The notes under the pieces: generated by a model
Told to the model about the DNA's origin: nothing
Seen by the model: the letters and a program-made list of their open reading frames with translations, nothing else
The model's database searches: none
In this document: piece after piece, positions 18,908-28,856 of the stretch
Numbering within the stretch: the stretch's first letter is position 1
Layout: every line of letters begins with the position of its first letter
NCBI GenBank assembly: GCA_038247415.1
Contig: JBBRUX010000014.1
Span: forward strand, 1-64,000
Reading direction: 5' to 3'
DNA: 64,000 nucleotides
Source of the DNA: Chitinivibrionales bacterium
GTDB lineage: Bacteria; Fibrobacterota; Chitinivibrionia; Chitinivibrionales; WJKA01
Position numbers and translations under genes: made by a program

Positions 18908-19102
18908 ATGATAGCATTACTGGGTGAGCTTATAAGAATCGGTCTCTTGGTATTTTTTGTAACACTGGTATGGCGGATGCTCTTTGGTGCCTCAAAAAAA
19001 CAGGGCGCTCAAAAAGCTGCAGCCAAGAATACTACGGCTCGTCGCTTTGATGCGGCTGGTAAAAATATTAAAGACGCCGATTTTAAGGATGTCTCAAAGT
19101 AA
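18908..19102 (+). CDS. Small membrane protein
   Basis: One hydrophobic helix followed by a basic tail ending IKDADFKDV; co-oriented with the downstream operon. Confidence 0.55.
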   Translation: MIALLGELIRIGLLVFFVTLVWRMLFGASKKQGAQKAAAKNTTARRFDAAGKNIKDADFKDVSK

Positions 19103-19140
19103 CTATCAAGTAGCAATGGAAATTGTACAAGGAGTTTCGT

Positions 19141-19497
19141 ATGGAACTATCTGTCACGGATGTCGGAAAATTCAAGATCATCAAAGCCGCAGGACGGGTA
19201 GACTGGGAAAATGCTCGTTTGCTTGACAAAGAAATACATCAAGTGATTGATGGCGGATCTTGTCACATTGTCTTTAATCTCGACGAAGTGACGTTTATAT
19301 GCAGCGGCGGGATTGGAGCTCTGGTATATAATCTCAATAAAGTAAAAAAAATGGGCGGTGCCATTTATATCATTTCATCTAATCAGTATGTGAATTATAT
19401 TTTCGAGACACTCAAATTCGACATTGTTTTTGATGGGTACCTTTTTAGTTCCATCGAAATGTTTTCTGAACAAGTACTGGACAGACAGGACACCTAA
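19141..19497 (+). CDS. STAS-domain anti-sigma-factor antagonist
   Basis: AAGRVD...IVFNLDEVTFICSGGIGALV; SD AAGGAG before ATG 19141. Confidence 0.85.
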   Translation: MELSVTDVGKFKIIKAAGRVDWENARLLDKEIHQVIDGGSCHIVFNLDEVTFICSGGIGALVYNLNKVKKMGGAIYIISSNQYVNYIFETLKFDIVFDGYLFSSIEMFSEQVLDRQDT

Positions 19498-19500
19498 ACC

Positions 19501-20607
19501 ATGATTAATCTTCCCCCCCTTCTGTTAGAGCCGCGCATGCAGCAGAAAGTTTGGGGAGGAACTACTTTTGTTTCATCGTCTCCTGGTTTACCAATAGGAG
19601 AAGTCTGGGCAATTTCGGGTCGCGTAGGAAACGCCTCCAAAATTCTGAGTGAGCACGTCCCCAATTCCACGCTCGATGCTTTCTACGCCGAACACGGCCC
19701 GCTTTTGTGCGGTGATCGAAGCCCTCATTCGGAATTTCCACTCCTCTGCAAATTTATCGATGCTCAAGATCATCTTTCTGTTCAAGTCCACCCCAATGAT
19801 GATCAAGCTCAACAAGGCGGGTACGGTCCGTGTGGCAAAACCGAATGTTGGTATATTGTTGATGCCGCTCCGGGCGCCGAAATTATCGCAGGGTTTAAAC
19901 CCGGGGTAACCAAAGACGTTTTGCTAGCGCACCTGGCAGATCAGTCCATCGAAAGTATTCTCGATCGGTTTCCCATTGCACCAGGGGACATGCTCTTTAT
20001 TCCCGCAGGTTGTGTGCATGCAATTTTAAAAGGCACGATAATTTACGAAGTGCAACAAAGCTCCGATACTACAATGCGGTTTTACGATTGGAACCGAAAC
20101 GCGATAGACAGGCCACTTCATATCGAGCAATCGCTCTCGATGGTCTATTATGGACTTGGGAGCAATCGCCCTGTACCCCCGTGTGTTAAAAAAATGGTTG
20201 GGCCTTTGGTGCATCAGGTTCGCAGCGCCTGCCGTTTTTTTTGTGTTGAAGAAATTTATACCGCTGCCGCAGCTGAGGTTGTGGTGCCTGCCGTTAACTC
20301 TTGTGTAACGGTGAGCGTGCTTATGGGTGATGCTACACTACTCACCGATCGAGGCACTCTCCAGGTCGGTCAATATGGATCGGCATGTATGCCCGCAGAT
20401 ATTGGTCCGCTTACGTTTCAATTCGATAAAGAATCACGCATTCTTATTGCCTATATCCCCGATTTAATCGCCGATGTTGTTGAGCCTCTTCTGGAAAACG
20501 ATTATTCACATGGAGAGATTGTTTGTCTTGCTGGTCCAGCCTTAGACAATGATATTGCTCGCCTTTTAACACCTCTTGGTTCTGTTTTTAATTCACATCG
20601 AGAATAG
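19501..20607 (+). CDS. manA: Mannose-6-phosphate isomerase, class I
   Basis: KVWGG, FPLLCKFIDAQDHLSVQVHP, GKTECWY, IPAGCVHA, EVQQSSDTTMRFYD. Confidence 0.88.
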   Translation: MINLPPLLLEPRMQQKVWGGTTFVSSSPGLPIGEVWAISGRVGNASKILSEHVPNSTLDAFYAEHGPLLCGDRSPHSEFPLLCKFIDAQDHLSVQVHPNDDQAQQGGYGPCGKTECWYIVDAAPGAEIIAGFKPGVTKDVLLAHLADQSIESILDRFPIAPGDMLFIPAGCVHAILKGTIIYEVQQSSDTTMRFYDWNRNAIDRPLHIEQSLSMVYYGLGSNRPVPPCVKKMVGPLVHQVRSACRFFCVEEIYTAAAAEVVVPAVNSCVTVSVLMGDATLLTDRGTLQVGQYGSACMPADIGPLTFQFDKESRILIAYIPDLIADVVEPLLENDYSHGEIVCLAGPALDNDIARLLTPLGSVFNSHRE

Positions 20608-20717
20608 CTTCGCCACAAGGTATTTTGTAGATACCCGAATGTAGTACCCACCGTAGTAGCTACGTCGAGCGCACGCTTCGCGCTACCAATTAACGTATGT
20701 AAGGCACAAATGTAAGC

Positions 20718-21842
20718 ATGGCACATCTAGAGTGGACTCACCTGGTTGGGCAGCCTAAAGCCAAAGAGGTTCTTGCTGCTGCGTTTGCAGGAAAAACCTT
20801 GGGGCATGCATATCTTTTATGTGGTGAGGAGGGCTGCGGGCCCTTTGCAGCTGCAGTTGATATGGCGCGTGCAATTTTGTGTTCTACTACGCAATCGGCG
20901 CCCTGTCGGGAATGTCCTTCTTGTAAACGTATAGCTCGAGGTGTACACCCCGACTTACACACCATTGTGCCTATAGCGCTAACAGCTGAGCATAAGAGCG
21001 AAGATGGTTTTTCTGACGAAGGTATGGATTTTTTAAGAGAGGTTGTTGTAGCACGGCTCTCACATCCTTACGACGAGGTGGCGTTTGATGCAGCTCCCGG
21101 AATTCCGGTTGCGTGGATGCGACAGGTTATGCGTGATGTAAATCGCGGTGCCGTTGAAGGGGAGTGCTGTGTGGTGATTATGGATGGGGTGGATCTTCTG
21201 GAAGATTCGTCGGCTAACGCAATGCTTAAAACACTCGAAGAGCCGCCGCCGAACACGTATTTATTTCTCGTAACATCGCGACATCATGCTGTATTGCCAA
21301 CGATTGTTTCCCGGTGTCAGACCGTACGATTTGGCGGGCTATCGGTTGCCGAACTTACCCAAGGGTTAAAGGCCTTAGAATCGACCCCCTTTTCACCAGA
21401 AACCATCGAGTATGCAGTTTCATCGAGTATGGGGTCTCTTTCCCGCGCCCTTTCCAATGCAAGAAATCCTGATCTGCAATCGCGGGCAGATGCAATTCTG
21501 TTGTTAAATGCAGCACTTTCTACCGATTGGAGCATTCGAGCCCCGCTCGTAGATCGTTTAGCTCAAACAGGGGCGCATCATCTTAAAGCTATACTGTTGC
21601 AGGCGATGCATATAATTAGATCGTCACTCTTTGAGAATGCAACCCTTTCTGAAACGTATATTAAAGAGTCTGGCGCCACAATGCAATCATCATTTGCAGT
21701 TGCCGATGTTGCAATGGCCAGCAAAATATGTGCAGCCTTGCAGGAAGCAAGTGGTGCATTAGATAGTCATGGAAATACTGGCCTTATTTTAGTACACCTG
21801 ATTGTGAATGTAACGGAGATATTACATGGGAAAAAATGCTAA
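20718..21842 (+). CDS. holB: DNA polymerase III delta' subunit
   Basis: HAYLLCG, CxxCxxC zinc module with HPDL, ANAMLKTLEEPP, LPTIVSRCQ; adjacent to ricT/yaaT. Confidence 0.85.
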   Translation: MAHLEWTHLVGQPKAKEVLAAAFAGKTLGHAYLLCGEEGCGPFAAAVDMARAILCSTTQSAPCRECPSCKRIARGVHPDLHTIVPIALTAEHKSEDGFSDEGMDFLREVVVARLSHPYDEVAFDAAPGIPVAWMRQVMRDVNRGAVEGECCVVIMDGVDLLEDSSANAMLKTLEEPPPNTYLFLVTSRHHAVLPTIVSRCQTVRFGGLSVAELTQGLKALESTPFSPETIEYAVSSSMGSLSRALSNARNPDLQSRADAILLLNAALSTDWSIRAPLVDRLAQTGAHHLKAILLQAMHIIRSSLFENATLSETYIKESGATMQSSFAVADVAMASKICAALQEASGALDSHGNTGLILVHLIVNVTEILHGKKC

Positions 21843-22671
21843 CCTCGTTGAAGTTGTTTTTAAGGGAGAACGGCGCGCTGTCTATCGGAATCGCGCCGAA
21901 CTCGATATCAATAAAGGCGATTTTGTTGTTGTTGAAGCAGAACGCGGTAAAGAAATGGGTGAGGTTTCCCTTGCGGGAGGTCTTGTTCGGCTCAAGCGCG
22001 GCAAAGGCGAAGCGAAAAATGTTATTCGAATAGCTCTTCCCGAAGATCTGAAATTATATGAGGATCTCAAAGCCAAGGCCGACGAAGCTTTTAAAACGTG
22101 CCACAACAAAATCACCGAGCATAAACTTGACATGAAGCTTGTTGATGCGGAAGTTCAGTTTGATAGTTCTAAAATGACATTCTTTTTTACGGCTTCCCAG
22201 CGCATCGATTTCCGTGAACTGGTCAAGGATTTGGCCGCTCTTTACCGTACAAGAATAGAGCTGCGTCAGATTGGTGTTCGCGACGAAGCCAAGCGCATTG
22301 GCGGTTGTGGTATCTGTGGCAAAAAACAGTGTTGCAGCGCATTTCTCGAGGAATTCGAGCAAATTACCACGCAAATGGCAAAAGACCAGATGCTGTCGCT
22401 TAATCCCACAAAAATTTCGGGAAATTGCGGCAGGCTTTTGTGTTGTTTACGTTACGAGCAAGACCGGTACTGCGAAGTGTCTGCACACTTTCCAGCTATG
22501 GGAAGCTCTGTAGTTATCGAGGGTAAAACAGGTCTTGTCAATTATATCAATATTTTTAAGGAGCTTGGTCAGGTCCGCTTCGAAGATGGGACATTCGAGT
22601 GGTTTCCGGTCGAGACCTTTAAGACAGGCAAACGAATAGAGGTTGTTGAACATGCAGAAAAAACAGAATAG
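21826..22671 (+). CDS. ricT: PSP1-domain Fe-S protein RicT/YaaT
   Basis: RIDFRELVKDLA, RIELRQIGVRDEAK, GICGKKQCC, KISGNCGRLLCCLRYE. Confidence 0.9.
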   Translation: MGKNANLVEVVFKGERRAVYRNRAELDINKGDFVVVEAERGKEMGEVSLAGGLVRLKRGKGEAKNVIRIALPEDLKLYEDLKAKADEAFKTCHNKITEHKLDMKLVDAEVQFDSSKMTFFFTASQRIDFRELVKDLAALYRTRIELRQIGVRDEAKRIGGCGICGKKQCCSAFLEEFEQITTQMAKDQMLSLNPTKISGNCGRLLCCLRYEQDRYCEVSAHFPAMGSSVVIEGKTGLVNYINIFKELGQVRFEDGTFEWFPVETFKTGKRIEVVEHAEKTE

Positions 22672-24664
22672 TCGTACCTACCTTGTCACTCAGGCATTGC
22701 CTTATGCAAATGGCGATATTCACCTGGGTCATTTGGTTGAGGCGGTACAAACAGATATCTTTGTTCGCTACCATCGAATGGCAGGCGATCGTGTCTTGTT
22801 TCCGGGTGCCGATGATACCCATGGCACACCTATCGAACTTTCTGCGCTACGCAAGAATATAACCCCCGAAGCGCTTATTGCGGCTGCATGGGATAGTCAT
22901 GTTGCAGATTACAAAGGGTTTTCGATAGATTTTGATATTTTTTATACCACTAATTCCCCCGAGAACAAGCACTATGCCGAGAGTATCTTCGCAAGTTTAC
23001 AAAAGAATAATTTAATTGTTGAAAAAGAAATAAGTCAATTTTATTGTGAGCACGATAAGCGATTTCTTCCCGATCGGTTTGTTGTGGGGACATGCCCAAA
23101 ATGCAGCGCTCGTGATCAGTATGGTGATGTATGCGAAGCGTGCGGAACAACCTACGAGCCGGCAGACCTTTCCGATCCCAAATGCATTATTTGCAAAAAC
23201 CCGCCAATCCAAAAAACATCCAAGCATTTTTTTGTTGAACTTGGCAAAAAAGAAGAATTTTTAAGGGAGTTTGTGTACGATCGTGATGTGTTGCGAACAG
23301 ACATGAAAAATTTCGTGGGCAACTGGATCACACAAGGACTGCGTCAATGGTGCATATCGCGCGATGGCCCGTACTTTGGCTTTCTCATTCCCGGCACCAC
23401 CGATAAATACTTTTATGTATGGCTCGATGCTCCAATCGGATACCTTTCGTCAACAGAAAAATGGTGTGCCGATCACAACGAGGATATCGACACCTTTTGG
23501 GGAAAGGAGTCCCAAACTCAGATTGTACATTTTATTGGTAAAGATATTGTTTATTTCCATGCGCTTTTTTGGCCTGTTATGCTCGAGGCTGCCAATAAGA
23601 AACTCCCCAATAAAATTAACGTGCACGGATTCCTTACTGTCAATGGTGAGAAAATGTCCAAAACGCGGGGCACATTTGTTTTGGCCAAAGATTATCGTGC
23701 CAAAATTAATCACCCTCAGGCGGCAGAGTATTTGCGTTTCTTTTATGCGAGTAAATTAGGCGATAGTGCCCAGGACATAGATCTTTCTGCGGATGAATTT
23801 GCACTTAAGGTTAATACGATATTGGCAAATACTATTGGCAATCTGCATCATAGAACATTTATCTTTTGTGAACGATCGTTCGACTCGTATATTCCCGATG
23901 CACCCTGGGATCAAACCATATGCGCCCTTGTAGAAAAAACCGCCCATGAAATTATTGCAGCGTATGAAGCTATCGAATACAAAACCGTTGTAGAAAAAAT
24001 ACAGTATCTTGGTTCTATCGGTAATAAATACTACCAGGATAACGCTCCGTGGGAATCTGTTAAAACAGATCCTTCTCGCGCTGCCGCTGTTATGGTAACG
24101 TGCGCTAATCTTGTCAAGGCACTAGTTGTATTTCTTAAGCCAATCACGCCGGCCCTTGCAGCGGTTGTCGAAAAGCAGCTGGGCCTCACTTTTACGCTTC
24201 AGGATTATGCGTTTTCGTTACGTAATGTAAAGGTTGCGCCTGCCCAAAAATTGGCAACCCCCATTGAAGCAGCGCTGCTTAAGGAACTTTTTGTTCCTCC
24301 GACGAGCGTGGATCAACCAGCCATCGTGCCAATAAAGCCAACTATCCCCTTTGATGTGTTTGGTTCTGTCGATTTACGCTTGGGGACTGTGGTTCAAGCA
24401 GAGCGTATCAAGAAATCCGATAAGCTCCTTAAGCTAATGGTTGATTTAGGAGAAATAACTCCACGGCAGATTGTTGCAGGACTCGGAAAACACTTCAAAC
24501 CAGAGGCACTTTTAGGACGCCAGGTTGTTGTGGCTGCAAATCTGGCTCCGGCAAAACTCATGGGCGAAGTAAGTAATGGCATGGTTTTAGCAGTCAAAGA
24601 GGGCGAAAAACTAACCCTGCTTGGTGTGGGTGAATCCCTTTCAAATGGATGTGTAGTTTCGTGA
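22652..24664 (+). CDS. metG: Methionyl-tRNA synthetase with C-terminal tRNA-binding domain
   Basis: ALPYANGDIHLGH, DDTHGTPI, zinc knuckles, YVWLDAPIGY, KMSKT, C-terminal OB fold (RQIVAG). Confidence 0.96.
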   Translation: MQKKQNSRTYLVTQALPYANGDIHLGHLVEAVQTDIFVRYHRMAGDRVLFPGADDTHGTPIELSALRKNITPEALIAAAWDSHVADYKGFSIDFDIFYTTNSPENKHYAESIFASLQKNNLIVEKEISQFYCEHDKRFLPDRFVVGTCPKCSARDQYGDVCEACGTTYEPADLSDPKCIICKNPPIQKTSKHFFVELGKKEEFLREFVYDRDVLRTDMKNFVGNWITQGLRQWCISRDGPYFGFLIPGTTDKYFYVWLDAPIGYLSSTEKWCADHNEDIDTFWGKESQTQIVHFIGKDIVYFHALFWPVMLEAANKKLPNKINVHGFLTVNGEKMSKTRGTFVLAKDYRAKINHPQAAEYLRFFYASKLGDSAQDIDLSADEFALKVNTILANTIGNLHHRTFIFCERSFDSYIPDAPWDQTICALVEKTAHEIIAAYEAIEYKTVVEKIQYLGSIGNKYYQDNAPWESVKTDPSRAAAVMVTCANLVKALVVFLKPITPALAAVVEKQLGLTFTLQDYAFSLRNVKVAPAQKLATPIEAALLKELFVPPTSVDQPAIVPIKPTIPFDVFGSVDLRLGTVVQAERIKKSDKLLKLMVDLGEITPRQIVAGLGKHFKPEALLGRQVVVAANLAPAKLMGEVSNGMVLAVKEGEKLTLLGVGESLSNGCVVS

Positions 24665-26376
24665 TTGAATCTTCTATAACACGTGACAGAATCGTATTCC
24701 GACCCGTCGATGAAGCGATTGCTGCGCATGTATCCGTTGCACTCTCGGTACCGCTCTCATTGGGGCGCATCCTTGCTGCTCGCGGATTAACAACATTCGA
24801 TGAATGTAAACGTTTTTTTCGGGTGACGGCCCAGGCAATGCACGATCCATTTTTGTTTACTGGAATGGAAGATGCTTGCGTGCGAATCTGGAAGGCGATC
24901 GATTCGCTTGAGCCAGTGACAATATATGGAGACTATGATGCAGATGGTGTTACTGCTACAGCCTTGCTTTTTCGAGGACTTAAGGCTTTAGGTGCAAACG
25001 TTTCATTTTATCTTCCTAACCGGCTTATCGATGGCTATGGACTTAATAGTACCGGCATTCATAATGTAGCTCAAACAGGATGTACGCTTATAGTCACGGT
25101 AGACTGCGGCATAACCGCAGCTGCAGAGGTTGAGCTTGCGCGGACATTAGGTATAGATGTGATCGTAACAGATCATCATGAGCCTCAAGGAGATATCCCC
25201 AAGGCAATAGCAGTGCTAGACCACAAGCTCCCAACCTGTAATTACCCAGAGCAGGTGCTTGCAGGCGTAGGTGTTGCACTCAAGCTCGTTCAAGGGCTTG
25301 TGCGTATGCGGAGCAAAAACGATACAATATGGGAATCGCTACTCGACTTGGCCTCAATAGGAACCGCAGCAGACATTGTTCCGCTCACCGGAGAAAATAG
25401 GGCAATCGCATGTTTAGGATTTGCGCGTTTACGGGAGAGTTCCCACGTTGGCATTCGCGCGCTCATTACAGAAAAGAAACTTGACGGGAAACCACTTTCT
25501 ACTTCGCAGGTTGTGTTTCAATTAGCACCCTGCATGAATGCGGTTGGTCGGCTTGGGGATCCTACTATTGGAGTAGCGCTTTTAATTACCGACGATCAAG
25601 CACAGGCATCAGCGTATGCGGCTGAGCTTGTTGCGGCAAATTTTCAAAGGCGCATTATCGATGCTCAGGTGCAAAAAGAAGCCTTTGCTTGGATAGAAAC
25701 AAATGTAAATCTCCAAACGCAATGCGCTATTGTGGCCGGCGATGAAAAATGGCATCCTGGGGTAATTGGAATTGTTGCGTCTAAAATTATCGAGCGGCAT
25801 TATCGGCCAACAATCTTATTTGCGCACGGAGCCGATGGCAAAGCCAAAGGCAGTGGTCGATCGATTGGCGCGGTTCATCTCCTTGAGGCACTGTCTGAAT
25901 GCGAAGAGTATTTGCTTGGCTTTGGCGGGCATGCCGCCGCAGCGGGAATGACCATCGAAATCGACAAAATACCACTGTTTCGTGAGGCTTTTATTGCGGC
26001 AGTGCAGCGTCGCGTTACCCATGACGATCTTATTCCGCAAACCGTTGTTGACACGGCGGTATCGCTTCCTGAAATAGATGCTAAATATTATCGAATTATA
26101 GACCAGATGGGTCCTTTTGGGCCAAAAAATCGCCGACCAGTTTTTGTATCATATAACTGCAGCTTTAAAAATGATGCCCGCATTGTGGGTGAAAATCATC
26201 TCAAGTGCAACATCAGCTCAAATGGGCGTTCCTTTGATGCTATTGGCTTTGGATTAGGCGGACATCTTTCCGATATTCTTAAGAATAAAATGTTTACTGT
26301 TGCATTTACACTCGAAGAGAATGAATGGAACGGTCAAACAAAGCTTCAACTTCAGATAAAGGGCATTTACCCATGA
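24661..26376 (+). CDS. recJ: Single-stranded-DNA exonuclease RecJ
   Basis: YGDYDADG, TVDCG, TDHH, GSGRS, FGGHAAAAG; GTG start overlaps the metG stop. Confidence 0.95.
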   Translation: MIESSITRDRIVFRPVDEAIAAHVSVALSVPLSLGRILAARGLTTFDECKRFFRVTAQAMHDPFLFTGMEDACVRIWKAIDSLEPVTIYGDYDADGVTATALLFRGLKALGANVSFYLPNRLIDGYGLNSTGIHNVAQTGCTLIVTVDCGITAAAEVELARTLGIDVIVTDHHEPQGDIPKAIAVLDHKLPTCNYPEQVLAGVGVALKLVQGLVRMRSKNDTIWESLLDLASIGTAADIVPLTGENRAIACLGFARLRESSHVGIRALITEKKLDGKPLSTSQVVFQLAPCMNAVGRLGDPTIGVALLITDDQAQASAYAAELVAANFQRRIIDAQVQKEAFAWIETNVNLQTQCAIVAGDEKWHPGVIGIVASKIIERHYRPTILFAHGADGKAKGSGRSIGAVHLLEALSECEEYLLGFGGHAAAAGMTIEIDKIPLFREAFIAAVQRRVTHDDLIPQTVVDTAVSLPEIDAKYYRIIDQMGPFGPKNRRPVFVSYNCSFKNDARIVGENHLKCNISSNGRSFDAIGFGLGGHLSDILKNKMFTVAFTLEENEWNGQTKLQLQIKGIYP

Positions 26377-27746
26377 AAATGTGGGATGGACGGTTTACCG
26401 AATCAACAAGCAAGCTCATGGAGCAGTTTAATAATTCGTTGCCAGTCGATAAAGAATTTTTTAAGCAAGATTGTGCCAATAATAGGGCATGGGCTGGGGC
26501 ATTGTGTAAATGTGAAGTCCTTACCGCCGATGAACTCAAAAAAATCCTCGCAGGGCTTGATTCAATAGAAGCCGATGCATCCGAAAGCAAACTGGTATTT
26601 TTGCCATCCGATGAAGATATTCATATGGCTCTTGAGCGCATACTCATAGAACGCATTGGCGACGTTGGAGCAAAATTGCATACCGGCCGTTCTCGCAACG
26701 ATCAGGTTGTAACGGATTTTCGGCTTTATGTTATGGAAGCATGTTCTTCTTTGCAAACGTGCATTGGTGCGCTGCAGCGCGCATTGGTACTTCGTGCAAC
26801 ATCCGACGAATCCGTTATCCTTCCTGGGTTTACCCATCTCCAGCAAGCGCAGCCTGTGTTGCTCTCGCATTATTGGATGTCGTTTTATTCTGCATTAAAT
26901 CGCGAATGTGATCGTTTTATGCAAACCGCATCACGGGCAGATTATATGCCTTTAGGCGCTGGTGCAATTGCTGGATGTGGCTTTGAGATAGATCGTCATG
27001 CGCTCGCTCAAACGCTTGGGTTTTCTAAGCCAACAGATAATTCTATGGATGCTGTGGCATCGCGCGATTTTGCTCTCGATTTTTTAAGCTCCTGTGCAAA
27101 CACTGCCATTGTGCTTTCCCGCTATGCCGAAGACCTTATTATTTGGTCTTCCAAAGAATTCTCTTTTGTAACGCTTTCCGATGCTTTTTCAACAGGCTCT
27201 TCCATGATGCCGCAGAAAAAGAATCCCGATTCGCTCGAATTGATTCGTGGAAAATGTGGACGGTTTATTGGAAATTATACCCGTCTCGCAGTTACGCTTA
27301 AGGGTGTTGGCTTAACCTACTATAAAGACTTACAAGAAGATAAAGAGCCGGTATTTGATAGTTTTAAACAGCTTTCATTGGTTGTGCAGGTGTTTTCGCA
27401 GGTTATCGCTACACTCTCTGTAAATCAAGATCGTATGGCCGCGGATATGGATCCGCTCCTTTTTGCAACCGATGTTGCCGATTACCTTGTTGTTAAAGGT
27501 TTACCGTTTAGGCAGGCGCACAAGGTTGTGGGCAAGCTTGTTGGAATGTGTGTTACCGAAAAGATCGATTTGGGGAGGATTCCACTTGCAAGACTTGTGG
27601 AGTTTTCGCCACTTTTTACCGATGATGTGTACGCCCTCTTTTCGGCTGAAGCTGCTCTTGCGCATAGGGCAGTGTATGGGGGAACAGCCCGTCACAGGGT
27701 TCAAGAGCAGATTAAAGCAGCGCAGGCAAAATTAGGCATTGTTTAA
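26373..27746 (+). CDS. argH: Argininosuccinate lyase
   Basis: MWDGRF, EDIHM, HTGRSRNDQ, GSSMMPQKKNPD; ATG overlaps the recJ stop (ATGA). Confidence 0.96.
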   Translation: MKMWDGRFTESTSKLMEQFNNSLPVDKEFFKQDCANNRAWAGALCKCEVLTADELKKILAGLDSIEADASESKLVFLPSDEDIHMALERILIERIGDVGAKLHTGRSRNDQVVTDFRLYVMEACSSLQTCIGALQRALVLRATSDESVILPGFTHLQQAQPVLLSHYWMSFYSALNRECDRFMQTASRADYMPLGAGAIAGCGFEIDRHALAQTLGFSKPTDNSMDAVASRDFALDFLSSCANTAIVLSRYAEDLIIWSSKEFSFVTLSDAFSTGSSMMPQKKNPDSLELIRGKCGRFIGNYTRLAVTLKGVGLTYYKDLQEDKEPVFDSFKQLSLVVQVFSQVIATLSVNQDRMAADMDPLLFATDVADYLVVKGLPFRQAHKVVGKLVGMCVTEKIDLGRIPLARLVEFSPLFTDDVYALFSAEAALAHRAVYGGTARHRVQEQIKAAQAKLGIV

Positions 27747-27841
27747 GAACCCTTATAAAAAGTGGTAATGAGAAGAGCAAAAATTATTTTAATCGGATGT
27801 GTTGAAATTTTCATGCACATTTAGCGTTACTGGAGGATTCT

Positions 27842-28783
27842 ATGGTAAAAAAGATTATAGTGGGTTGTGTTATTCTTGCTTCTGCAACAATGGTGTATGC
27901 AGGTGGCAAAGCCGATTCTACTATGGGAGAGAATGATCTTGCATGGTCTACCCTTCCATCGCCTACAAAAGTCAAGACGTTTGCCGTTGCCGGATCGGTC
28001 GTTTATTACGTAAACGAAACCGAGTTTTTAATTGCCGATTCAAAAAAGAAGGGGCTTACTCATTTACCTGCGATAGCAACGATCCCTGCCAGTGCTGTTT
28101 CGGAAATGGATGCCGATAATAGCGGCAAGATTTTTATTGGGTCGGCGCAAGGTTTGGGAATTAAGAGCATAAAAGAAGCAACCCTGCTCACGACAAAAGA
28201 GGGGCTACCGTCTAATGAAGTTACAAAAGTACATGCAAGCAGATCGGGCGCAGTCTGGATTGCCACTTCTGCTGGTTTGTGTGTATACCGCAATACCCTT
28301 ATTACCTCATATGCAACAGTTGGCCCGCAAACAAAACCTATCACAGCGCTTGCCTCCGATGATCGGGGAACGGTGTATGTTGGTACCAAAAAAGGCCTTT
28401 ATGTTTTTAATGGAGCAACCTGGTCAAGCCAGAATAGTAACACGGGAATGAGTGATGATGCTATTGCTGCCCTTGGTTACGATTACAAAACGCAGTCGTT
28501 GTGGGCCGCGGTTGGTGATGCAGATGTCAATAGCTATGATGGGAAATCCTGGCGCATATTTACCAGTGTTAAAAGCGGGATTTCGGGTATTTTTGCCGAT
28601 GTGCATAGCCGAATCTGGTTTGCTGCGCCTGGTGGCTTAATGCGATACAATGGCGATGAGTGGATTACCGATGCTGCACAAATTGGGATTTCGATTCCGG
28701 CAGTTTATAAAATTGCTATCGATACACAAGGAAACATGTTCTTTGCAACCGATAAAGGTGTGATGGAGTTGACGAATCAGTAG
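27842..28783 (+). CDS. Secreted stand-alone beta-propeller (two-component regulator propeller repeats)
   Basis: Signal peptide; repeats such as EGLPSNEV, GAVWIATSAGL, GTVYVGTKKGL, GNMFFATDKGV. Confidence 0.75.
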   Translation: MVKKIIVGCVILASATMVYAGGKADSTMGENDLAWSTLPSPTKVKTFAVAGSVVYYVNETEFLIADSKKKGLTHLPAIATIPASAVSEMDADNSGKIFIGSAQGLGIKSIKEATLLTTKEGLPSNEVTKVHASRSGAVWIATSAGLCVYRNTLITSYATVGPQTKPITALASDDRGTVYVGTKKGLYVFNGATWSSQNSNTGMSDDAIAALGYDYKTQSLWAAVGDADVNSYDGKSWRIFTSVKSGISGIFADVHSRIWFAAPGGLMRYNGDEWITDAAQIGISIPAVYKIAIDTQGNMFFATDKGVMELTNQ

Positions 28784-28856
28784 TTTAATGGTGCGGGTAA
28801 ACAAACCATAGTATTTAAGCGCGCGGACCCCTATTTTTACAGGAGAAAAGAGTCAG

